Virus record (IMG/VR): IMGVR_UViG_2548876695_000016
DNA: 5,808 bases
Strand: one strand, 5' to 3'
DNA from: a virus
Lineage: Duplodnaviria; Heunggongvirae; Uroviricota; Caudoviricetes
A program made the position numbers and the translations under genes. The notes under the pieces are model-generated. The model ran no database searches. It was not told the origin of the DNA and saw only the letters and a list, made by a program, of their open reading frames with translations. Of this stretch, positions 1 through 5,808 are shown in pieces; positions within the stretch are counted from its first letter, which is position 1, and each line of letters starts with the position of its first letter.

Positions 1-92
1 GGCTGCCAGCCCTCTTTCAGTTTGTGTGTCAGCTTTTCCGCAAGGTCTGACGGCGACGCCGCCCTGACAACATCGTAATGTTTAATCGACAT
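1..92 (-). CDS. Small phage protein, N-terminal fragment (runs off the window at position 1); possibly DUF1737-like protein preceding the lysis cassette
   Basis: Minus-strand ATG at 92-90 with GGGAGA Shine-Dalgarno about 7 nt upstream; open frame reads MSIKHYDVVRAASPSDLAEKLTHKLKEGWQ to the window edge. Not in the ORF track because it is truncated. Family resemblance is from memory only. Confidence 0.5.
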   Translation of the reverse strand, partial: MSIKHYDVVRAASPSDLAEKLTHKLKEGWQ

Positions 93-178
93 CGAATTTC
101 TCCCGTGTAGAGGAACAGAGTTAAAAAGCCGGAAGCGGAATCAAATCACAGGATGACCATCTGCCAGTGGCAGGTCAT

Positions 179-205
179 AAAAAAAAGGCTGCGCAATGCG
201 CAGCC
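179..205 (-). terminator. Rho-independent terminator on the minus strand
   Basis: Minus-strand RNA would form an 8-bp GC-rich stem (GGCUGCGC / GCGCAGCC, plus coords 187-194 and 198-205) with a 3-nt loop, immediately followed by U8 (plus-strand A8 at 179-186). About 85 nt upstream of the left-edge gene start. Confidence 0.85.
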
Positions 206-634
206 AGAACTCACAAGGAAAATGATAAAAGGAATAACACTAGTGATGTACGCATGGCGCCTCCCGCTAAGTTCTGCAATGATCAAACAGAACTCGCTAC
301 GTGCCCTTAAAACTCGATCATTTAGCCCCTCCAAGGAGGATTCACCATGCGGTTGATTTTTTAATAAACAGTAAACAAAAAAGTCAAGAATTATGCATTC
401 TGTTCTTTCATCATCGGCCACAGCAATACCACAATGCCGCAGACCAGAGCGCCATCAGTCAGTACCAACATTATCCTGCTGGTGAAATCCATCATCACCA
501 TCACTAAAAGCAGGATCACAACAGCAAGCAGACACAGTTTATAAAACAATGTTCAGAAAACGCATTCAGCATGCCTAAGGTTCTATTCCTACGAATAGCC
601 AACTTGCAACTTAAAATATTATTTATGCAGCCAA

Positions 635-1393
635 TTAAATTCTGGTCCTTACAATATCAACCTGAAGATTCTTATCTTGTGCTGATTGATAAATGACAAA
701 CCTTTTACTACCTGCATTGAAAGAAGTAGACAAAACCAGACAATTATCATAACGAGCAAGAACATAATACCAACCATCATTATAATTAATCATTTCATAT
801 TCTTTCTTAAACTGTGGTTTGTAATATCCTGTCAGAAATGAAAAAAGCCAAAAATATGCCACAAAAGCAATCATCACAATCTCAAAAAAATGTTTTTTTA
901 TAAATGGCTTATCATAGAAGCATGATACCGATAAAAATCGCCCATAAGATCTTATCGAAATTGTAACCGCCAGCGCAATCGCTGCTGACAGTAGCAAAAG
1001 AGGTACCTGAATCTTCTGTCTCAATATAGAAAACTCAATAATTGCCGGCACAAACAATAATTCCACAGCAAAATAAAGGCGAAATACATTTAGCTCTTGC
1101 ATAGAATGTTTTCTTTTCACTGCGAAAAAGAATACAACACCAATACCCCAACCGATAAGAAATATAGCAATGACGATAACTGCAAAAAATAAACTTCTGG
1201 CAACATCATCAACACCTGCACCTACAATCCACCATGGGAAGCCGTAGTAAAAAGAAGTACCCCATCCATAGAAATAAGCACTCCCCCATCCAAGGCATCC
1301 CATGTAGGCAATAAAAAGTGAAGAACTCCTGAGCAGCGCACCATCCTTCATAACCACCCCAATACAAGATGATAACATTGGCTTACAACTCAT
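635..1393 (-). CDS. Hypothetical polytopic membrane protein (cargo gene, unknown function)
   Basis: 252-codon ORF with no competing long ORF in other frames; visibly AT-rich relative to flanking phage genes. About five hydrophobic helices (approx. residues 25-59, 67-91, 102-123, 129-147, 166-189), basic loops (KRKH, KKH), then a ~60-aa Tyr-rich hydrophilic C-terminal domain. First ATG at 1393 has no clear SD; in-frame ATGs at 1378 and 1351 (the latter preceded by GGGGTGG) are alternative starts. Confidence 0.7.
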   Translation of the reverse strand: MSCKPMLSSCIGVVMKDGALLRSSSLFIAYMGCLGWGSAYFYGWGTSFYYGFPWWIVGAGVDDVARSLFFAVIVIAIFLIGWGIGVVFFFAVKRKHSMQELNVFRLYFAVELLFVPAIIEFSILRQKIQVPLLLLSAAIALAVTISIRSYGRFLSVSCFYDKPFIKKHFFEIVMIAFVAYFWLFSFLTGYYKPQFKKEYEMINYNDGWYYVLARYDNCLVLSTSFNAGSKRFVIYQSAQDKNLQVDIVRTRI

Positions 1394-1490
1394 AACAAAA
1401 GCAATTCAATGCCGTCAAGAGGTTACAGGCTAAAAAAACTCTATTACATAGCAGCCAGCATGTTTACCGTACAAGTACAACTCAGGGCAT

Positions 1491-1514
1491 AAAAAAAACC
1501 CACTCGGCAGCGGG
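1491..1514 (-). terminator. Intrinsic terminator just downstream of the Q-like gene (candidate tR')
   Basis: Minus-strand RNA CCCGCUGCCGAGUGGG forms a 6-bp stem (including one G-U pair) with a GCCG loop, followed directly by U8 (plus-strand A8 at 1491-1498). The plus-strand equivalent has an A-C mismatch, so it is orientation-specific. Confidence 0.55.
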
Positions 1515-1550
1515 TTTATACATTTTTTACAACATACCAAATTTGCATGA

Positions 1551-1579
1551 AGTATATGGCTTTTAATCCAGTTTTGCAA
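1551..1579 (-). promoter_or_regulatory. Candidate sigma70 late promoter (pR'-like) overlapping the 3' end of the Q-like gene
   Basis: Minus strand: -35 TTGCAA (1579-1574), 17-nt spacer, -10 TATACT (1556-1551). Predicted start near 1544 gives a ~50-nt transcript ending at the 1491-1514 terminator; the initial transcribed region contains -10-like elements (TATGTT, TGTATAAA) of the kind that induce sigma-dependent pausing at Q-utilisation sites. Confidence 0.4.
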
Positions 1580-2336
1580 TATTTTGCTGTAAAAATGCTG
1601 CCTTTTGTTTTGAACGTGTTCTCGTCACAAGCAATAAAGCATCACTATCAAGCTGTAGAAAAATGTGCTTCATTGCAACCCAGCGTTCAGTAAATGTCTC
1701 GGACCAGTTTTTTGTTGTCACTCCCACCAATGATGCCAGTGTCTGGTATTCATAGGCCTCACGCCCTGCAAGTTCGCTCTTCACATCCTGTGCAGCCAGC
1801 CAGATTAACGTCTTCAGGCGATCCAGTGTCTTACCTGCAATTTTTCTGTTACTTAACAAATCTTTAAACTCGCTCCATGCCCATTGCGTTATGGTGACCT
1901 GATGCCCCCATCGAACGCTTTCGCTGTAACACCAAAGCAACCATGCTTTCTGATGTTCATCGAGAGACAAAACCGCGCGGCGCCATGAAGAGGTTGAGAA
2001 TTCAACCGGGCTGACCAAAGCAATGGATGAACCTTTTGCGTACGACTGCTTACCGGAAGTCGGCGTATTATCCAGCGTAATCATCTTGCCAGTTACCACA
2101 TCCAGAATGCGCGGCTTCTTTCGTTTGTATGTACCAGTATCAAATTGTGCATGCTCCTGCCAGGCTTCGAGCTGGCCTTTCGTTGCTCCGTTCAAGTCAG
2201 CAGTAGCTGCCATAAGTTGCTCACGAACATACTGTAAATATTGGGTATTCATGCAGTAAATCCTTTCTATATTTTGGCATAATTCTTCAACATTCGGTAA
2301 TCGTTCAAAACCGAATCGGGGAAACGACATAAGCAC
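1563..2336 (-). CDS. Putative late-gene antitermination protein Q (non-lambda Q family)
   Basis: 257-aa ORF (track start is GTG at 2336; an ATG at 2330 gives 255 aa) in the Q position downstream of nin genes, followed at once by a promoter-like element and terminator. It replaces a lambda-type Q whose 5' remnant lies at 3813-3902. Family assignment is by position and recalled size of ~250-aa Q proteins, not sequence comparison. Confidence 0.6.
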   Translation of the reverse strand: MLMSFPRFGFERLPNVEELCQNIERIYCMNTQYLQYVREQLMAATADLNGATKGQLEAWQEHAQFDTGTYKRKKPRILDVVTGKMITLDNTPTSGKQSYAKGSSIALVSPVEFSTSSWRRAVLSLDEHQKAWLLWCYSESVRWGHQVTITQWAWSEFKDLLSNRKIAGKTLDRLKTLIWLAAQDVKSELAGREAYEYQTLASLVGVTTKNWSETFTERWVAMKHIFLQLDSDALLLVTRTRSKQKAAFLQQNIAKLD

Positions 2337-2727
2337 AGGAGCCCCCAGCGACAGCGAAGGAGTTCTGATATATAAGACTCAGACATCATTCATTCCCCGG
2401 TTCTCCAATATCTGTTTCACTCATCATCCATAACTACCTGTAATTGCCCCCCTTTTTTTTGTAACAGTTCTTATATTGCTATATAGAATAGCCATTACTA
2501 ATGCATTTAAATTTAATAAAATAAAAATTATAAAAAACATAAAACACCACGTAAACACACTTAATAAAAACACCGTTACATTAAAAGATAATAAAAACCG
2601 CAATAAAAAACGAATAAATCAATTGTCTCACGCAATTATAAAACATCATATTGATTACGCACCTTGTATTACAAACTCATGTATGTAAAATACGCGCACC
2701 ATTCAAAAAAAAGGAAGACAATAACAT

Positions 2728-3687
2728 ATGAAAAAAAGTGTCATCGCTGGCGTCTTTATTGCTCTGTCATTTACCACGTGTTCAGCTATCGCGAACAGCC
2801 TTGCATTATCATTAGCAAATGATGATGCAGGGAAGTTTCAACCAATACTTAATGATATTTATGGCAATAAACATGAAAACAGAGATGATTACTCACAAGG
2901 CTTATTTCTGGGATATAGCCACGATATCTCAGACTCGAGCCAATTATCTCTCCATATTGCGCAAGATATTTACTCTCCATCAGGCAGTAATAAAAGACAC
3001 AACACAGCTGTAACTGGAGACAGAGCTTTTAGTGCATACACTCACACTGGTATTGAATGGAACTCCCTTGCGAATGACTGGATTCGCTATCGATTAGGTA
3101 CTGACATAGGTGTTGTTGGCCCCGACGCAGGCGGTCAGAAAGTACAAAATAAAGCTCATGAGATTATTGGGGCAGAAAAATATCATGCATGGGATGATCA
3201 AATAGAGAATCGCTACGGTTATACTGTAAAAGGGATGCTATCCATGACACCAAGTATGGATATTTTAGGTGCTAATGTTGGATTATACCCTGAAGTTTCT
3301 GCTGTTACTGGAAACTTATTTCAATATGTAGCATATGGCGCAACCATTGCCATTGGTAATGATAAAACCTTCAATTCGGATAATGGCTTTGGTCTGCTGG
3401 CTCCCCGTGGTTTAATGCATATGTCCGATACAAGCGGATTCAAATACAAGATTTTTGCAGGTATGGAAAGACGAGATGTCAATCGCAACTATACTCTCGA
3501 AGGAAAAACAATACAGACGAAACAAACAACAGTATCGCTAAACAAAACTGTTGATGAATATCAAGTTGGCGCAACAATTGGGTATGCACCTGTAGCCTTC
3601 ACACTAGCATTTAATAAAGTAACATCAGAATTCAAGACAGGGGATGACTATTCATTTATAAATGGAGCAATCACCTTCTTTTTTTAA
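2728..3687 (+). CDS. lpxR: Lipid A 3'-O-deacylase LpxR family outer-membrane beta-barrel protein
   Basis: 319 aa with AGGAAG Shine-Dalgarno upstream of ATG 2728; N-terminal signal peptide MKKSVIAGVFIALSFTTCSAIA; C-terminal FFF typical of outer-membrane barrels. With cleavage after AIA, mature Asn9-Asp10 (codons at 2818-2823) and His122 (3157-3159) coincide with the LpxR catalytic residues as I recall them; position 34 is Ser where I recall Thr. Length matches the 319-aa Salmonella LpxR precursor. AT-rich gene and flanks. Confidence 0.85.
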   Translation: MKKSVIAGVFIALSFTTCSAIANSLALSLANDDAGKFQPILNDIYGNKHENRDDYSQGLFLGYSHDISDSSQLSLHIAQDIYSPSGSNKRHNTAVTGDRAFSAYTHTGIEWNSLANDWIRYRLGTDIGVVGPDAGGQKVQNKAHEIIGAEKYHAWDDQIENRYGYTVKGMLSMTPSMDILGANVGLYPEVSAVTGNLFQYVAYGATIAIGNDKTFNSDNGFGLLAPRGLMHMSDTSGFKYKIFAGMERRDVNRNYTLEGKTIQTKQTTVSLNKTVDEYQVGATIGYAPVAFTLAFNKVTSEFKTGDDYSFINGAITFFF

Positions 3688-3812
3688 CTGAATTGAATTC
3701 AATCAAAATAACATAAGTCCAACAAAAACATAAAGTGCGAAATGAATGCCAGCTCCATTTATTTCGCACTATAAAAGATTAAAAGTTGCAATAAAATAAT
3801 AAAATGACTCAG

Positions 3813-3902
3813 TTACGAAAACCAATAAACTGTGGCCAGTAGTGAGTCGCTCATCATCGGGCTTTTTGGCGAATGAAATTTAGCTACGCTTTCGAGTCTC
3901 AT
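3813..3902 (-). pseudogene. 5' remnant of a lambda-type Q antiterminator gene (29 codons then stop)
   Basis: Minus-strand ATG at 3902-3900 overlaps the phosphatase stop (ATGA) and reads [29 protein letters not shown]. The first 20 residues equal the lambda Q N-terminus as I recall it ([25 protein letters not shown]...); similarity decays over codons 21-27 and the frame terminates. Confidence 0.75.
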
Positions 3903-4564
3903 GCGCCTTCTCCCTGTACCTGAATCAATGTGAGGTTTCCGCAGAACACTGCGCCAGTATCGATATACATCTGGTTGGCAAATTTGAGTGGTTTCACTGC
4001 TGGCGTATGACCAAAGATGAACGTGTCCGCGCCTTTGATTTCTTTCACGATCCCGTCTTGTGAGTTGCTGATTCGTTCGCGGTTCCAGATTACCTGCTGA
4101 TGATCAACTGGCTTTCCAAACTCGTATTTATCACAAGGATAATCGGCGTGGCAAATGACATATTTTTTATCTTTGCTCACCAGTTCGATGATTAACGGAA
4201 GTTCTTCTGCTTTATGGGCAAGAACTTTAGCCAGAGTCTCTTTGTCGTAATCGAGATTAAAGAACCAGCCACCGCCATTAAGCAGCCAGTGATTAACGTT
4301 TCCACGCTCTGATAAGCCATCAATCATCATTTGCTCATGGTTTCCACGCACAGCTCTGAACCAGGGGAATGTGATTAATTCCAGACATTCGACGTTCTCT
4401 GTACCGCGATCAACCAAATCGCCAACCGAGATGAGCAGGTCTTTTTTGGTGTCGAATCCAATCGTATCCAGTTTGTTCATCAGGTTCGTGTAGCATCCGT
4501 GCAGGTCGCCAGCTACCCAAATATTTCGGTATTTGCTGCCATCAATTCTTTCGTAGATATTCAT
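3899..4564 (-). CDS. ninI: Ser/Thr protein phosphatase, lambda phosphatase (NinI / ORF221) homolog
   Basis: 221 aa, near-identical to the recalled lambda phosphatase; metallophosphatase motifs GDLHG, GDLVDRG and GNHE present; start ATG overlaps the ninG stop (ATGA). Confidence 0.93.
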   Translation of the reverse strand: MNIYERIDGSKYRNIWVAGDLHGCYTNLMNKLDTIGFDTKKDLLISVGDLVDRGTENVECLELITFPWFRAVRGNHEQMMIDGLSERGNVNHWLLNGGGWFFNLDYDKETLAKVLAHKAEELPLIIELVSKDKKYVICHADYPCDKYEFGKPVDHQQVIWNRERISNSQDGIVKEIKGADTFIFGHTPAVKPLKFANQMYIDTGAVFCGNLTLIQVQGEGA

Positions 4565-5175
4565 GCAGCCTCACTTCTGCTGTTTCGCAGGTCTTTGAGT
4601 TTCTGTTGGTACTCTGCCTTGATCGCCTTGCACTCTTCGACAGTCCAGCGATGGCGGTTATGGTTTGATTCGATTTCGTCTACTGCTTCCTGCCCGATGC
4701 GGCTAATCAGTTCGACGCGATACGGAACGAGATTTCCGCTTTTGTGCTGGTTGCACACCACGCATTGCTTGTGAATATTGCGTTCATCAAATCGGAGTTG
4801 AGGTGCCGCAGCAGTTGTCCGGTAATGTCCGGCATCCCACTGAGCAGACGTGAGCGTTCCGCACGAGATACATGGTAAGTCGCGGTCTCTTTCTCTGATG
4901 AAGGCGTTTACGGCTTGTTGGGCTTGTTTAATCCAGTAACTGCGGGGCTTTAAGGCGAGTTTTCGAATCTTAAGTTTATCTTTCTGTTTCTGCTCCTCTC
5001 GTCGTCGTTTCTTCTCTGCTGCTTTTTCCGCTTTTTCGCGTTCTTTACTTCGTCGTTCGAGTGCTATCTTGGTTCCACACTCTGGAGAGCACCACCACTG
5101 ATTAGCGAATGCAAGGTGAAACCATTCCCGACATTCATCGTTTTTACATCGTCTTCGCGCTGGTTTAGCCATCAT
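4561..5175 (-). CDS. ninG: NinG (Rap) recombination-associated protein
   Basis: 204 aa beginning [19 protein letters not shown] with Cys-rich motifs ([24 protein letters not shown]), matching recalled lambda NinG; start overlaps the ninF 3' end. Confidence 0.92.
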   Translation of the reverse strand: MMAKPARRRCKNDECREWFHLAFANQWWCSPECGTKIALERRSKEREKAEKAAEKKRRREEQKQKDKLKIRKLALKPRSYWIKQAQQAVNAFIRERDRDLPCISCGTLTSAQWDAGHYRTTAAAPQLRFDERNIHKQCVVCNQHKSGNLVPYRVELISRIGQEAVDEIESNHNRHRWTVEECKAIKAEYQQKLKDLRNSRSEAA

Positions 5176-5335
5176 CTTCTTCCTCGTGCATCGAGCTATT
5201 CGAATCGCTCATCAGCTCTGCACAGCAGTGCTCACACACGTGAACTTCCAGCACATGCAGCTTCTGACCGCAATTAGCGCACGTTAAAGCCCGCTCGACG
5301 CTTTCTTGTTCGTAACTTCGATTTGGGTCAATCAC
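5165..5335 (-). CDS. ninF: NinF
   Basis: Frame matches recalled lambda NinF (…[26 protein letters not shown]…EEEDDG). I place the start at GTG 5335-5333 ([10 protein letters not shown]…, 56 aa), which overlaps the ninE stop as GTGA and has GAGGAA 7 nt upstream. The track's 70-aa version starting at 5377 would overlap ninE by 46 nt. Confidence 0.85.
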   Translation of the reverse strand: MIDPNRSYEQESVERALTCANCGQKLHVLEVHVCEHCCAELMSDSNSSMHEEEDDG

Positions 5336-5514
5336 CTTGTATTCCTCGCACGATGTCTTAGCCACCGGATATCCCACAGGTGAGCCGTGTAGTTGAAGGT
5401 TTTTACGTCAGATTCTTTTGGGATTGGCTTGCGTTTATTTCTGGAGCGTTTCGTTGGAAGGTATTTGCAGTTTTCGCAGATGATGTCGGTGAAACTTCGT
5501 CGTTGTCGCCTCAT
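5332..5514 (-). CDS. ninE: NinE
   Basis: 60 aa [60 protein letters not shown], matching recalled lambda NinE; AGGAGG Shine-Dalgarno 5 nt upstream of the ATG at 5514. Confidence 0.9.
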   Translation of the reverse strand: MRRQRRSFTDIICENCKYLPTKRSRNKRKPIPKESDVKTFNYTAHLWDIRWLRHRARNTR

Positions 5515-5808
5515 GTCGCCCTCCTGACGCCCTGCCCGATCGCCATCAATGCCGCTTTGGATACGATAGTAAACATCCGTCGAGGACTAATGAACGGTCG
5601 CCAAATCAGCAGCATGGAGCCTTTGCTGTTTCCCTTCTTCTCCAGCCCTGTCGATGGTTCGATAAAATTAATCCGTCCATCAGTGATAATACGAACTTCG
5701 TCAACACTCTCCAGAGCCTTGCTGAACCATCCGACTGAACCGCCCCGGGAATCCTGGAGACTAAACTCCCTGAGAAAGAGGTAAACAGGATGACTAAAAA
5801 TACACGTT
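5511..5808 (-). CDS. C-terminal fragment of an upstream nin-region gene (truncated by window edge), function unknown
   Basis: Minus-strand frame open across all 298 nt from the window edge, ending …[15 protein letters not shown] with TGA at 5513-5511 overlapping the ninE ATG (ATGA). Not in the ORF track because no start lies inside the window. The plus-strand ORF 5380..5784 covering the same DNA is antisense and likely spurious. Confidence 0.6.
   Translation of the reverse strand, partial: TCIFSHPVYLFLREFSLQDSRGGSVGWFSKALESVDEVRIITDGRINFIEPSTGLEKKGNSKGSMLLIWRPFISPRRMFTIVSKAALMAIGQGVRRAT

Noticed and set aside
146-421. Minus-strand 91-aa ORF and overlapping plus-strand 67-aa ORF (153..356)
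   Set aside because: Both run straight through the strong terminator hairpin and U/A tracts at 153-205 and the palindromic SD element; more likely structured non-coding leader sequence.
301-507. Plus-strand 68-aa ORF ending in five histidines
   Set aside because: The His run is the reverse complement of ATGGTGATGATG on the minus strand; no start context, and it crosses the palindromic SD element.
1-635. tRNA genes downstream of Q (as in Stx-type phages)
   Set aside because: No cloverleaf-compatible sequence with a GTTCGAATC-like T-loop and acceptor stem found by eye on either strand.
2023-2259. Plus-strand 78-aa ORF
   Set aside because: Entirely inside and antisense to the Q-like gene; no start context.
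2476-2688. Plus-strand 70-aa ORF in the lpxR upstream region
   Set aside because: Low-complexity Lys/Asn-rich translation of an extremely AT-rich intergenic stretch, with no Shine-Dalgarno sequence; typical spurious ORF.
2819-3013. Plus-strand 64-aa ORF
   Set aside because: Alternate frame nested within lpxR; the lpxR frame has the signal peptide, catalytic residues and C-terminal barrel signature.
408-3860. Exact 10-mer TCATCATCGG repeated at 408-417 and 3851-3860
   Set aside because: Several exact 10-mer coincidences are expected by chance in a ~5.8-kb window, and the flanks show no extended similarity. Only the equal-spacing bipartite pair at the lpxR borders was kept as a finding.
4499-4774. 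Plus-strand 91-aa ORF
   Set aside because: Lies antisense across the ninG/phosphatase junction, both of which are confidently identified on the minus strand; no ribosome-binding site or recognisable product.
5380-5784. Plus-strand 134-aa ORF
   Set aside because: Antisense to ninE and to the open minus-strand frame that is translationally coupled to ninE; the minus-strand reading fits the operon structure.
1-5808. CRISPR array or IS/transposase
   Set aside because: No regularly spaced direct repeats and no transposase-like ORF or terminal inverted repeats; the cargo genes look like simple insertions without mobility genes.

Overview
This window reads as a lambdoid (lambda-like) prophage segment spanning the end of the nin region, the Q antiterminator region and the start of the late region, with phage rightward transcription on the minus strand. 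From the right edge (minus-strand order): a truncated upstream gene, ninE, ninF, ninG (rap) and the lambda-type Ser/Thr phosphatase (ninI). The nin genes are chained by overlapping start/stop codons and ninH is absent. Directly after the phosphatase stop is a 29-codon remnant of a lambda-type Q gene, so the original Q appears to have been replaced. The replacement block carries a plus-strand, AT-rich cargo gene encoding a lipid A 3'-O-deacylase (LpxR family; Asn9/Asp10/His122 positions conserved) and a 257-aa Q-like protein followed by its own promoter-like element and intrinsic terminator. Downstream, in the position Shiga-toxin genes occupy in Stx phages, is a second AT-rich cargo gene encoding an uncharacterised ~5-helix membrane protein with a Tyr-rich C-terminal domain; this is the best candidate for something undescribed. 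A strong intrinsic terminator and the truncated start of a small phage protein follow at the left edge. No tRNA, CRISPR array or transposase was seen. All family assignments rest on recalled sequences and motifs; no database search was run.
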